Shown one piece after another: positions 1-14,138 of a stretch of DNA of 64,000 nt. This DNA comes from Monocercomonoides exilis PA203 (taxonomy: Eukaryota > Protista > Preaxostyla). Location: positions 124,001 to 188,000 of the forward strand of contig LSRY02000045.1 in the NCBI GenBank assembly GCA_001643675.2, written 5' to 3'. A model generated the notes under the pieces. It ran no database searches. It saw only the letters and a list, made by a program, of their open reading frames with translations, and was not told the origin of the DNA. The translations under genes were made by a program, and so were the position numbers. Position 1 is the stretch's first letter; the number at the start of each line of letters is the position of its first letter.

Positions 1-300
1 TCTTCTTCTTCTTCTTCTTCTTCTTCTTCTAATTCATTCAGAATGAATTTATCTCCAATTGACCAATTTTTTGCTTCTCAAATGAAATTTGTGGAGTCAA
101 TGAAGAGAAAGAAAGAAAAGATGAAATGAAAAGAAGAAAGAAAAGAAAGAAAAGATGAAAAGAAATGAAGAAAGAAAAGGAAAGGAAAGGAAAAGAAAAA
201 ATAAAAGATGAAGAAGGAAGAAGAGGAAAGATGAAATGAAGAGGAAGAAGAAATTGAAATAGAAAAAAAAAAAAAGAAATGACAAGAAATGAAATGAAAT
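1..300. repeat. Low-complexity DNA: (tct)10 followed by a GAAA/GAAAT-rich tract
   Basis: Read directly. Confidence 0.85.
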
Positions 301-716
301 GAAATATGCATTTTTCACCTTCCTGCAGCATTTAGAGGAAAATTGATTACAGTTCATAAATTTCTAATTCCATAACAAAATTGCATTTTGATTCATATTG
401 TTTGCATAGATGTGAATAAAAAAAGAATGAAAATGATTTGTTGTATTTTCTTTTTTTTTTCAACTTTTTCTCTGCTCATTAATTCTTTTATATATGTGCG
501 TTTACACACACATATTATGGATATTATCAACCATCCATTTTTTCAAAAAGTTCATTTATCAAATACAATTCTACAAATTTTTTTTTATCGTGCATAATTT
601 AAACATGCAAACAATGAACATTCATCTTTATATTTAAAAAAAGAATAAATATAAACAATAAAATGAACAAATTTTATAAATAAAAAAATAATTATTTTAT
701 CCAATTGATCGAAGAT

Positions 717-1430
717 TTGGTTTATGCAATCAGATCAAATGAAAACAGAAAAAGCGGAAAGCATGTTGAGAGAAGTTTTGCAGCCTGAAGCAAACATGGC
801 ACACAGCACCCTCTGAGGGGTGCGACCCTATCCTTGAGGTGGTACGGGTGCTGAGCCTCTGGGGTGTCTGGGAAATGGGGCAGCGATTAATCGGCCAGAT
901 GGCTGTGCCTGCACATGGAACATGTTTGTGATGCCTCTTTCTATGCGCTGTGCCTGCATAGTGTTGTGAGTCAGCTATATGAATGGGCTTGTGGGGCAGC
1001 TTGGTGCCGGTGGGTGTTGTTGTTTGTTTTCAGAATGTTATCTAATCTGCCAGGGTGGTGGAGGTGTGCCATTTTGTTTGCCTCTCGAGGGAGCCGTTAA
1101 CGTGTTACACCTTTTTTATTTCTATTTTTTCGGATTTTATTTCTCAGCAGGGCGCAGCTGGGGATGTTTTGCAACAGAAGAATTTTTCGATGATCCGGGT
1201 TCCTGGGTGGGCCAAAACGGCGGGGAAGGGGATGGGAGCAATGGAAACGGCGATTGGGAGGGGTGCAGCGTGGAGACGATGGGCTGTGGCAGAATTTTGT
1301 TTTTTCACCTCAAAGGCAGTTATTGGCAGCTGTGGCAGCACCAACACAAATACGGATGATTTTATTGAATAACTTCCTTCAGACCTGGGATTTGCCGTTA
1401 TTTCAGCCAGCATAATTATTTCGACTCCAA
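717..1430. repeat. GC-richer about 0.7-kb module fused to the 3' end of every A cassette (also about 7790-8502, 33050-33765, 45610-46330); function unknown
   Basis: Four near-identical copies, seen as recurring MEHVCDASFYALCL and MVEVCHFVCLSRE shadow ORFs. Confidence 0.8.
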
Positions 1431-2889
1431 CTGTCACTCGTCGCACTGAAGACGTTGTTGAAGAGATCGAAAGAGAATTCGTCCCAACCACACTCACTGC
1501 CTTCCCTTTCCCTGTTATTATTATCTCCTTTTCCCCAACACTGATCGTCTTCTCTTCACTCACATGCCTCCCACCCAGCACTGTGATTGTCGAGCTCAGT
1601 TGCGCCATGCTCGACCCCACTGCATGCCCCACGGTCTTGCAAGGTGCAGACTCGCTCATCCCACACAGATTGCTCGAGTCATCTCCACTCACCCCAACAT
1701 ATATTGTTTTGTCCTTCAACCATCCCTTCTTTTCTGTATGTTGAAGGCTATTACCATTATAGCACACTCTCTTCTCATTGCTATTCGTTGTGTATGATTC
1801 AAAGAACGGGTTATTCGAAGAAAAGTGATTGTAATTGTCTTGAAAAAACACATCGTGGCCATATGGAGTGGAATTACTGCAACTGCAATCATGGAAGAAG
1901 AAGAAATAGCAATAAAGGTTGTTGCTTGGAGCTATTTGTTGGTTTGGATTGAAACACAATCCTCCACCATATGACACTGCTGAGCACGAAATAAATTGGA
2001 GGCTCCTCATTTTGAATGCAGTTGGGACACTTTGGCAATACATCCCTCCACCACTTGAATATGTTAGAGAGCACGAAGTGAAGAAACACTCAAACACACA
2101 AGCGCTCTCCCCGTTCCCACTTTCTGTTCCAATACAGGAAGATCCAGAAACTTGAAAAGAATCGAGATAAAGTCCTCCTCCCCAATTACTTGCATTACAT
2201 TTCTGGAATTCGCACCCACTGATCCTGACACATGTTGAAATCGAATAAATGTCAATTCCTCCGCCTTCGTAGTTCTGTGCTGTGCAAGCGTTGAACGAAG
2301 TATTCTCGACCGTAATGGAACGTATTTCATATGCTGTTATTGCTCCTCCGCCATAAAACGCATAGCAGTCGTTGAACGAGCAATGCTTTACAGAAAGTGT
2401 TCCTGATGACAGACCGTATATATTGATTGCTCCTCCATTTGAAGCGCTATCTTCATAATCTTCATTTTCTCCAGTTGTTTTTGACCCATTCCACACACAC
2501 CAAGTGAACGAATTCGCCCCATCATCTGTAATCTTCTGTCTCGCTGGTTTCGATAAATTCCCCTCACTCCCTCCTATTGCGACATTCTGAGAGCGATAGC
2601 ATCCGATAAACGAGGTATTCGAGGCATCCAGGGAAGACGAAGGGCTATTGAGCGAAGGCAGAAGGTTTTATAGAAGGGAATTGACAAAAGATGAAGAATC
2701 TTGTTGTTTAGCTGAGATGTTAGAAAAGACCAAAAGAGAGCGCGATGCAAGGGATATGACGAGCAATGGAAGAATGGATGTGAAGAAATGCAAAAAGAAG
2801 AGAAATGCGTCTCGCCCTCCGAAAGCGCTGTCTCCTTCTTCTCTTTTTATTTTTATCATTGTTGTTGAATGAATTGTTATATTTCTCAA
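1144..2889 (-). pseudogene. Cassette A1: truncated Pmp-like/pectin-lyase-fold beta-helix surface protein; hydrophobic leader separated from the body by an in-frame TAA
   Basis: Repeated FxxC...GG(A/G)(I/L/M) motifs and YVGVSGDDSSNLCGMSESAPCKTVGHAV cap motif. Leader ORF 2668-2889 is in frame with 1144-2496. Confidence 0.75.
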
Positions 2890-4204
2890 ATTTTTATTGT
2901 TAAAATAATAAGACAGTTGATGTTATTGAAACGCATTAGTGGTATTTTTTTTTTTTAATTCTTTTAATTCAAAGCAAATTTTGAGAGTTTCAAAAGCTAA
3001 ATGCCAATGGCCAAGATGCATTCATTCTTTTCTTTGAAGGCACGTTTGGAATCAAAATTTATTGTTTCCTTTTTATTTTATTTATTGAATATGAAAGTGA
3101 ATGAAATGATGAAGATATTTTGGATTAACAACAATCGTTTTTTTGTTTTGTTTGTTTTGTTTTTATCGAAATATTTGAAATATGTATTGATTGAATATTT
3201 GCAGCAAATAGAAATGAATAATACTTTTAATTCGTTTCATTTTCATTTGATAATTTTGAAGCAATATTTTTTATTCTGTAGAATGTTTTTTGAAATCATA
3301 TGTTTTTTCAGAGTGTAAATAATAACAAACTTTTTTATTATTGAAGTGGATAATTCATGTTTAATAATTCTGTCCATTGCAATTATCACAATAACATCTG
3401 TTAAAGATATTCAATAGAGAAAAAATACTTTTCAAATCGAGTAACACTTTTATTTTTTGTGTTCATCTTCTTGTTTCATTTGACAAATTGTCAAACAGAA
3501 TTTTTCGTAAAAAAAATATGATTTCTCCAATAATTGCCCATTCATATCCCAAAAAAAAATTTTTTTTTGCGTTTAATATTTACAAAGAAACCAATAATTT
3601 TGTTCAGATTCATTGTCGTTTCATTTTGTTTTGAAACAGTCATTTACACATATTGCTATTCACATTTGGTAAACTTATCATTCAGCAATGAATAACTTAT
3701 TGTTCAAATTTGGTGAACTTATCATTCGATATTGTTGAACAGATTCTTCCACAAAAATTCACTTATCATTCAGAACCAATAATTTTGAATGTTTTCCAAA
3801 TGAAATAATATTTGTGAGAAACAAATTTTTGTTGAGTACCAGAAAGTGCTGCTAATGTTATATTTTGTCATTTTTTATTTTATTGAAGGGGAAGGTGTCA
3901 TATATTTCAATATTTTGTTCACAATTTTGAGAATATCTAATTTTTCAGAAAATATTTCAAATTGTGAATTCAGTTGTCTAATTTTTTTTGAAAAATTCCT
4001 TTTGTTTAATATTCAAATAATATGCAAATTGATTATATTCATCAAATTTCCGTTTCAACTCACAAAACTTCACATTAATGAATATAATATCATTGTCAAT
4101 TTTTTGTTTTCATAACAGCAATATTTGATGAGTGGGAACAAAAATTTGATCGAAATATGAAAATTTTATTTTATTTGAATACACCATTTATTATTCAAAT
4201 TTGG

Positions 4205-4292
4205 TAAACTTATTATTCAAAATTAATAAACTTATTATTCAAAATTAATAAACTTATTATTCAAAATTAATAAACTTATTATTCAAAATTAA
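4205..4292 (+). repeat. 22-bp tandem repeat x4 (taaacttattattcaaaattaa); mirror copy at about 4926-5013
   Basis: Four exact copies read directly. Confidence 0.95.
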
Positions 4293-6325
4293 TAAAATTG
4301 AGTATTTTTTGAAAAAAAAATTTTGTATTAAGCCTTCCTTTGATTGAGTGTCGAAAAGTGATTAAAATATCATATTCCGTCAATATTCAAAATGCAGATG
4401 AGAAATTGAACCTTTAATTTTTTTATTTGTGAATAAACATGAAAATTTCCGATTTTTCAGAAAAAAATCATCATCATGGAAATCGGATTATCTTTGAATT
4501 ATTTCACCTCACATTGTCAGATTTCACATTATTCATTCAAAAAAATATTGTAGGCATCAATATAAGTTCATGAAAACTTTTTATTTGCACAATCAAATAA
4601 GTCAATAAAAGCACTTTCTTAATTTTTAATTTGTTTTTATCGATCCTCTGGATATATTTAAATGAAAATATAATATCTTTATTGCGTAATGTGAAATCTA
4701 ACAATGTGAGGTGAAATAATTCAAAGATAATCCGATTTCCATGATGATGATTTTTTTCTGAAAAATCGGAAATTTTCATGTTTATTCACAAATAAAAAAA
4801 TTAAAGGTTCAATTTCTCATCTGCATTTTGAATATTGACGGAATATGATATTTTAATCACTTTTCGACACTCAATCAAAGGAAGGCTTAATACAAAATTT
4901 TTTTTTCAAAAAATACTCAATTTTATTAATTTTGAATAATAAGTTTATTAATTTTGAATAATAAGTTTATTAATTTTGAATAATAAGTTTATTAATTTTG
5001 AATAATAAGTTTACCAAATTTGAATAATAAATGGTGTATTCAAATAAAATAAAATTTTCATATTTCGATCAAATTTTTGTTCCCACTCATCAAATATTGC
5101 TGTTATGAAAACAAAAAATTGACAATGATATTATATTCATTAATGTGAAGTTTTGTGAGTTGAAACGGAAATTTGATGAATATAATCAATTTGCATATTA
5201 TTTGAATATTAAACAAAAGGAATTTTTCAAAAAAAATTAGACAACTGAATTCACAATTTGAAATATTTTCTGAAAAATTAGATATTCTCAAAATTGTGAA
5301 CAAAATATTGAAATATATGACACCTTCCCCTTCAATAAAATAAAAAATGACAAAATATAACATTAGCAGCACTTTCTGGTACTCAACAAAAATTTGTTTC
5401 TCACAAATATTATTTCATTTGGAAAACATTCAAAATTATTGGTTCTGAATGATAAGTGAATTTTTGTGGAAGAATCTGTTCAACAATATCGAATGATAAG
5501 TTCACCAAATTTGAACAATAAGTTATTCATTGCTGAATGATAAGTTTACCAAATGTGAATAGCAATATGTGTAAATGACTGTTTCAAAACAAAATGAAAC
5601 GACAATGAATCTGAACAAAATTATTGGTTTCTTTGTAAATATTAAACGCAAAAAAAAATTTTTTTTTGGGATATGAATGGGCAATTATTGGAGAAATCAT
5701 ATTTTTTTTACGAAAAATTCTGTTTGACAATTTGTCAAATGAAACAAGAAGATGAACACAAAAAATAAAAGTGTTACTCGATTTGAAAAGTATTTTTTCT
5801 CTATTGAATATCTTTAACAGATGTTATTGTGATAATTGCAATGGACAGAATTATTAAACATGAATTATCCACTTCAATAATAAAAAAGTTTGTTATTATT
5901 TACACTCTGAAAAACATATGATTTCAAAAACATTCTACAGAATAAAAAATATTGCTTCAAAATTATCAAATGAAAATGAAACGAATTAAAAGTATTATTC
6001 ATTTCTATTTGCTGCAAATATTCAATCAATACATATTTCAAATATTTCGATAAAAACAAAACAAACAAAACAAAAAACGATTGTTGTTAATCCAAAATAT
6101 CTTCATCATTTCATTCACTTTCATATTCAATAAATAAAATAAAAAGGAAACAATAAATTTTGATTCCAAACGTGCCTTCAAAGAAAAGAATGAATGCATC
6201 TTGGCCATTGGCATTTAGCTTTTGAAACTCTCAAAATTTGCTTTGAATTAAAAGAATTAAAAAAAAAAAATACCACTAATGCGTTTCAATAACATCAACT
6301 GTCTTATTATTTTAACAATAAAAAT

Positions 6326-8074
6326 TTGAGAAATATAACAATTCATTCAACAACAATGATAAAAATAAAAAGAGAAGAAGGAGACAGCGCTTTCGGAGGG
6401 CGAGACGCATTTCTCTTCTTTTTGCATTTCTTCACATCCATTCTTCCATTGCTCGTCATATCCCTTGCATCGCGCTCTCTTTTGGTCTTTTCTAACATCT
6501 CAGCTAAACAACAAGATTCTTCATCTTTTGTCAATTCCCTTCTATAAAACCTTCTGCCTTCGCTCAATAGCCCTTCGTCTTCCCTGGATGCCTCGAATAC
6601 CTCGTTTATCGGATGCTATCGCTCTCAGAATGTTGAAGTCAATGGGACTGAAGGGAATCCATCGAAACCAGCGAGACAGCAGATTACAGACAATGGGGCG
6701 AATTCGTTCACTTGGTGTGTGTGGAATGGATCAAGTACAACTGGAGAAAATGACGAATATGAAGATAGCGCTTCAAATGGAGGGGCAATCAATATATACG
6801 GTCTGTCATCGGGAACACTTTCTATAAAGCATTGCTCGTTCAACGACTGCTATGCGTTTTATGGCGGAGGAGCAATAACAGCATATGAAATACGTTCCAT
6901 TACGGTCGAGAATACTTCGTTCAACGCTTGCACAGCACAGAACTACGAAGGCGGAGGAATTGACATTTATTCGATTTCAACATGTGTCAGGATCAGTGGG
7001 TGCGAGTTCCAGAAATGCAAAGTAAGTGGTTATGGAGGAGGACTTTATCTTGTATCTTTTAATGTTTCTGGATCTTCCTGTATTGGAACAGAAAGTGGGA
7101 AAGGAGAGAGCGCTTGTGTGTTTGAGTGCTCATTCACTTCGTGTTCTCTTACAAATTCTTATGGCGGAGGGATGTATTGTGTAACTGTTCCGGCTGCATT
7201 CAAAATGAGGAGCCTCCAGTTTATTTCGTGCTCAGCAGTGTCATATGGCGGAGGATTGTGTTTCAATCCAAACCAACAAATAGCTCCAGACGACAACATT
7301 TATTGCTATTTCTTCTTCTTCCACGATTGCAGTTGCACAACAACTTCCACTCCATATGGGCATGATGTGTATTTTCAAGACAATTACAATCACTTTTCTT
7401 CGAACAACCCGTTCTACGAATCGTATACAACGAATAGCAATGAGAAGAGAGTGTGCTATTTATACAATAGTTATCAGCATACAGAAAAAAAGGGATGGTT
7501 GAAGGACAAAACAATATATGTTGGGGTGAGTGGAGATGACACAAACAATCTGTGTGGGATGAGTGAGGCAGCACCGTGCAAGACAGTGGGGCATGCGGTG
7601 GGGTCGAGCATGGCGCAGCTGAGCTCGACAATCACAGTGTTGAGTGGGAAGCATGTGAGCGAAGGGGAGACGATCAGTGTTGGGGAAAAGAAGATTTCTG
7701 TTGTTGGGAGAGGGAAGATGGTGAGTGTGATTGGGACGAATTCTCTTTCGATCTCTTCAACAACGTCTTCAGTGCGACGAGTGACAGTTGGAGTCGAAAT
7801 AATTATGCTGGCTGAAATAACGGCAAATCCCAGGTCTGAAGGAAGTTATTCAATAAAATCATCCGTATTTGTGTTGGTGCTGCCACAGCTGCCAATAACT
7901 GCCTTTGAGGTGAAAAAACAAAATTCTGCCACAGCCCATCGTCTCCACGCTGCACCCCTCCCAATCGCCGTTTCCATTGCTCCCATCCCCTTCCCCGCCG
8001 TTTTGGCCCACCCAGGAACCCGGATCATCGAAAAATTCTTCTGTTGCAAAACATCCCCAGCTGCGCCCTGCTGA
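6326..8074 (+). pseudogene. Cassette A2: truncated beta-helix surface protein, palindromic partner of A1
   Basis: Same motifs as A1. TAA at 6545-6547 is followed in frame by NLLPSLNSPSSSLDASNTSF... into ORF 6719-8074. Confidence 0.75.
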
Positions 8075-8502
8075 GAAATAAAATCCGAAAAAATAGAAAT
8101 AAAAAAGGTGTAACACGTTAACAGCTCCCTCGAGAGGCAAACAAAATGGCACACCTCCACCACCCTGGCAGATTAGATAACATTCTGAAAGGAAACAACG
8201 ACACCCACCGGCACCAGACTGCCCTACAAGCCCACTCATGCAACCCCACCACAACATTTTGCAGGCACAGCGCATAGAAAGAGGCACCACAAACATGCTC
8301 CATGTGCAGGCACAGCCATCTGGCCGATAAATCGCTGCCCCATTTCCCAGACACCCCAGAGGCTCAGCACCCGTACCACCCCAAGGATCGAATCACATCC
8401 CTCAGAGGATGCCGTGCACCGTGTTTGCTTCAGGCTGCAAAACTTCTCTCAACACGCTTTCCGCTTTTTTCTGTTTTCATTTGATCTGATTGCATAAACC
8501 AA

Positions 8503-11500
8503 TTCCTCTATCTATTAAAAAAGTATTTTTTTTTGTAATTGTCAATATATTTTTAATAATATTTATAAAGAAGAAAAATGCCATTTCCCCTGGTTTCTGT
8601 GTCCAGACTCCCCCAAATCCATTTTCTCAGCCTTCACAAAAGAATTCATTTGCCCTGGCTCCTTCACAAAGGCAATAATGTGTATTCATTCCCTTGCATT
8701 TTTTCACACAGGGGAATGTCACTCAAACAGACAGATAAATAAATATGTTTTGAATGAAACTGAGCGAAAAAGAAATCAACAATGTGAATGAAAACAAAAC
8801 AGAGAATAATGTGCTTGAAATTTCTCTGAAAAATTACAAAATAATTTTTTTGTGAATTTTGAAAGACATTTTCAATACCTTCATGCATATCACAATTCAA
8901 ATGCCCCCTTTCCTTCATCTTCCTTCTCTTGTTCCAACAAGCTCCACACCCTCCCAATGTTCTCCATTTCCCTCTTCTTTCCTCTCCCTTCCAAAAATAC
9001 AACTGCCCCTCAACCTCACTCAACAAACACATCTGCTCCATGGGGCATATGCCCATCCAGCATCCTTTCTTCAGCTTCATCTTCACCCCCCTCCGACAGC
9101 CTGCCACTCATCATCCTCTCTCATTTTTTCTGTCTGCATTTCCCAACTTTTCTGCTCCGAAACACACAGCTTCTGTCACCTCCATCAGCATTGCCAACAA
9201 CCTTGCTGAGCGTGGAATCATCACACCCACAACCACTCCTCACCCCATTTCATTTGCCCAGCCACACCATCTTCTCTTCACCTTTCTTCTTCCTTCTTCC
9301 TCCTCCCTTTCCATTCCATTCCATCTCAATCCCATGCCTCTCTGCTTTTCTTCTTTCCTTCTCCCTTCCAAACACCCCTCCAAGCAGACTGCCAACTGCC
9401 CCTTCCATCGCCTTCCTCTTCCTCTTCCTCTTCCTCATTGCAAAACAGACACATCTCCATCACACCCAACAACATTCATCCCCCCTCTTTTTGCTCATTC
9501 ACAGGCACACATTCCCCCAAAACACAAATATCAAAAGGGAATACCAAAGACAATGCAACCTCCTCCACACACATTTTCCAAAGTGATGGATGATGATCAG
9601 CCACACCACAAGACAAACAACAACTCATATAAAAAAATGATTAATAAATCAATTTTCACTTCTTTCCTTCCCTTCGCAAACTGAGTTTCATCCATCAATC
9701 CTCCTTGCTCTTTCACCATCATTCCCCTCTGCTCCCTTCTCCCAACTCGTTCTGAACGAGACATCTCATTCCTCCATCACCCTCAAAACTCTCCAGTTTC
9801 TCCATTCTCCACAAATGCATCCTTCCTATTTTCCCAGATGTCTGATTGCAAAAGAAAACAAACTGCATTAGCCAGCCCCACCATTTCTATCAGGAAAAGC
9901 TTCTCTCCATATCCTCAAATACAGTTTAAGAACCCATCACTCATTTCAAATGGAACACACATTTGAATTGAGACTTGTGAGATGGACAAAGAATGTGTAT
10001 CCTGCTCAAAATCCACTCAGGCACACCAATTGATATTTCAATCCTTGTTCAGTTCAAAGAACTTCTTTGACAATCCCTCTCAAAAAATATCCATCTTGTT
10101 GTCATCCCTTTTGCCTCATGCCCAAGGCTTCATACACAAACAGATTCAAAATAATTCCTCTGCTCATTTTACGCCTTTTGCATTATCTCTTTTCCCCATC
10201 ACTTTCCATGGACACACAACCCTGATGATCACCAAAGTGCTCACGTGATTGGACTTTCTGACTCCAATTCAAATGCTAAACGCTTCGTGATATTTCCTTC
10301 CACAAACAACAACAAAACAAATAGACTGATAAACAATCCTTGTTCCTTCTGATTGATTGATTCACACACTGAGATCAGATGGATTTTTCCAATAATGTTG
10401 ATGAAGATAACACTTCGAAACAGGGGATGGCGATGATGGAATGGCAGAAAAAGAAAAATTTCACAGCAAGCTTAGTGACATTTCAGTCGAAGAATAATAC
10501 CTTTCAAATACAAGAAAAACATCTTGTTTTGTCTCTTTGGGTGGTTGAGGGATGTTGATCCAATTTCCCAGATCGAGTATTGGAGAATATGAAGAAGAAG
10601 AAAACACGTTTGAAAACATGGAAAGCGAATATGATTCACGAAGGAAAAAGTGAATTTTGATGGATGAATATTGTCCATTTGCATATGCTTTGAACTTCAC
10701 AATAAAATTGAGAGATAACACAAATATGAGAAGAATGACAGAATTGTCCAAGAGTGCAACAATGTTGTGACATGACCAAAGCAAGATTTGGTGATTTTAT
10801 TCCTTTTTATTCACTTTTCAATAAAATACCATTTATTCAGGAGATTGGCAGGATATGTTGCAATCCAGTGCTGAATGATAAATAAATACATTGTCGACAT
10901 TTTCTCCCTCTAATTATCTCATGCTCATCATGAGCACCAGACAGCTGCCAAAAGTTTGAAATCAATTTCTTTTCTGCTCATTTGGCACTCAAACAACAAG
11001 AATTGGCAAGGTTATTGAGCTGCCCCACAAACAATCCCCTGTCCCCATTTCTCTTCCAGCCTCTGCCCTTTCAACCAAAATGCTTCAAATTGAATCCTCT
11101 TTCATTCATCAATCTCTCTAATCTGTTATGGAAAATGATCAAAGTTAAATGATAAAAAAACTGTCAACAGAATGGGAAATCAAGACGTCAAACATTCCAG
11201 CTGGGATGAGTGAATTATTTTTTTGTGATATGGCAGATGAGACAACAACAATTTTATTATGAGGGAAGCTGGAATTATTCTTTTTGATTGTTGGAGAACT
11301 GTCAAGCCATGACATTTTCGATGGAAATGAAGAATTTTCAATGTATGCATTTTATATTATTCTATTGATTGTGAAGATATTTCCATCCATATCCTCTCCT
11401 AAGTCGTGATTCAGACAAATTATATTTAAAATGGATGATTTGTGCTAAACAGAGCAGAACAGCGAGGAAGCGAGGCAAATGTTATTTTACAAATATATTG

Positions 11501-12280
11501 GAATGTGAATGCATTTTGTTACAAATGTTTATGTTACTTATTTTGGATTCAACATGTGGCATATGGAAATACGATGAATAATGAAAATTAATAGAGCAGA
11601 AATCAACGGGGTTGGAAGATGTCCAAGACAAAAAGGAAGAATGTCCAATCTCTATGAAAAGGAAGCACCTTTTGAGGATGAAGAGGACATTTTCAAAAAA
11701 AGCATTGTAAGAAAAATTGAGTCAGATGACTGAAACAGGTGATTGAAATTGGTTGAGACAGAGCAAGGCGCCTTTCTTGGGATGAGAAGGGCAAGACATT
11801 GATTTTATGGACCGGGGGGAGCGATGGAACAGCATTTGATTGCTTGGCTTGAGAGGCGAAAATAAGAGGAAAACAGACAGTTTTGCGTAATACGGCAGCT
11901 GGAGGCAAATTACAGGCAAAATGGATCCGAATCATTTAACACTCGCCTTTGGCATTGTGTCGTCGATGGGTTATCCATTGAAGCAGAGAACGAGGTTATG
12001 ATGCTGAAGATATCTTCTGACAGAAGATATATAGTATTCAAACTTGACAATAACATCGCCGTCATCATCTTTATCATCTTCATCTCTATCATTGCCATCA
12101 TTGCTGTCATCGTCTTCTTCCTCTTCTCCATCTTCATCTCTTTCATCTACTTCATTTCCTTCATCGAATTCTTCTCCTTCATTGTTTTCATATGCACCTC
12201 CTCGACAAATGAAATTTTGTATTTTTACCTTCTTGGCCATTATCATTTTCTTCTTCTTCTTCTTCTTCTTTATCTTCATC
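8503..12280. repeat. Filler block B (decayed, frameshifted coding-like DNA); homologs at about 29315-33050 (inverted) and 46330-50050 (direct)
   Basis: Recurring broken ORFs (e.g. 8852-9586+, 31799-32689-, 46711-47469+; 11693-11935-, 29653-29880+). Confidence 0.85.
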
Positions 12281-14138
12281 AAATCAGGAGCAAAGCCGCC
12301 TTTACAGCTCCGAATTCAAAACCGCGTTCACTCCGCCAAATGCAGCTCTGCACAATATTCAGAGTAATTCGCCGTAATTGTCTTCTTTATTGCTGACTTC
12401 GAAATGAACCGAATTGATTTCTTTGTATTTTATCATGTGCGAGGATTAGTTTCTTGCTTCCTGCCAGAAAGAGACAAAATTCATTCTCGTCCGAAATATC
12501 ATTACGCGTTTTTGAACCATCAACAACTTTCAGCAAAGATTAAACTTCTTCTTCTGTTCCACTGTCATCGTCGTTATCTGTTCAACTTCGACCACTGGCT
12601 CTGCCTGCTGCTGCACACAGTTCAATTGCCTTGCTTCTGTGGGACACTTCTGAGACAGAATTGGCATTCTGCGAGTGCAGCATCCCGAACAACAACATGA
12701 AGCCGATGAGCAACGAGGAAGACGCATGAATCAATCGTTTGATGGGAAGGGAAAGAGAAAGAGTGATCGATGAAAGAGGTGCAAGAGATGGAGGCCAAGA
12801 AAGAGATCGAGATAAAAGAACAGAGACCTCCGTTCCAATTACCATCATCGACAAAAGCATCAAGGACAACGACAATCAGCAGAAAGGGTTCTTCCATGCC
12901 AGTGCGGCATATGGAATTTGTTTGTATTCTGGTTCATTATTCTCTGTCAAAGGCTCCTCCTCCTTCTCTTAGAAGGCAGCGAGCAGCACACTCCCAACTT
13001 CCTCATGTTCCGAAAAATCGTATGAAGTATTTCGCTCATGCTGGTCATTCAGGCGCTGCTGCTTTTCTTTTTCCGTCCACCTCTCTGCCTATTTGCAGTG
13101 CTTCCTCAATGCTGATGCAATGCAATCTTGCGAATCTCTTCTTCTGGTTGTTGGGCTACTCTTCACAGAAAGGCAGTTGCGCTTTCTTTCTCACTTCAGC
13201 CTCCTCAACACACACTCCACCAACTTGTCCCACAACCCCTCTCTCTTTCTCTTCAAGATGAAACTGAAAGAGTGAACGCACTTGCCGAACTCATGACAAG
13301 GAACCACGACATCGTTCTTCAATCATCGTTCTTCACACAATAGATCGACGCCATTTTATAACCGTTTCCATCCACTTTGTCTTCGATCAACGCTCTTGCT
13401 CCGCTTGTGCATTTCGAAGCACATGCATTTTAATCCTCTTCTGTCTTTGTCATTGCTCGCCCCGCAGCTGATATCCACACCTCCAGTTCCTGTTCCAATC
13501 TGCTGCACTCTTTTCCGAGCTCCGCTGACCTCCTAACTTGCACCTTCGTGCCTTCGCTGTCTGCTCCCTTCGACAAAGCACTCCAGCTTTTGAGGCTGTG
13601 CGGAATCAACGAGCAGTTCATGATCGCTCTCTCCACTTTCTTCTTCTGCCAGCTCGTCACACTTTTTTTCTGGTGAGAAGCTCTCTGCAACAGCAGCTCA
13701 TTCTTCCTTTTCGCTGTTTTCGTTCTCTTTGTCCATTTAGCCAGATGTCGAAAGCATTTCCGAAGTGTCTGGTTTGTGGGGCATACATTTTTCTTCTCTG
13801 TTTTATCCTTCTTTTCTCACTTCTCTTCTCTCAACCAAGCGTCTCCTTCTTCTTCCTCTTTTCCTTCCAACTTTCTTTCTCTTTCTCTTTCTCTCTCTCT
13901 ATCTCTTTCTCTCTTTCTCTCTCTCTACGCCAAACATATGCAATCATCCGATGTGTTTTTTGTTGTCCTCGAACCAAACATCTCCAATGCGCCTGGTGAT
14001 AGTCAATCATTTCAAACAGATCATTCTGGTGAATGTTAACTCGTTCGCCTCTCCTTGGCACACACTCCGATTTCTCTCTTTTTCGAAGCAAGACCTGCTG
14101 CTCATCAAAGAACTCCGCATTTCGCCCATCCGTTTTCA

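Larger units (their letters stand above)
717..8502. repeat. Giant palindrome P1 (head-to-head A cassettes); arms about 717-4531 and 4687-8502, 155-bp asymmetric spacer
   Basis: Mirror ORF pairs sum to about 9218 (3846-4115+/5103-5372-; 1144-2496-/6719-8074+). Arm ends are atttcacatta (4531) and taatgtgaaat (4687). Confidence 0.95.

Noticed and set aside
4205-4292. CRISPR-like array
   Set aside because: Contiguous tandem repeats with no spacers and no cas genes, in a eukaryotic context.
6545-6547. TAA/TAG read as Gln (variant code known in some oxymonads) to explain the in-frame TAAs here and at 39177
   Set aside because: Thousands of codons of cassette and DIRS ORFs use CAA/CAG with essentially no in-frame TAR, so the standard code fits better.
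2590-6630. Palindromes as pure amplification or fold-back artefacts
   Set aside because: Asymmetric homologous spacers, arm-specific patches, indels and divergence between units argue for real structure. Read-level confirmation is still needed.
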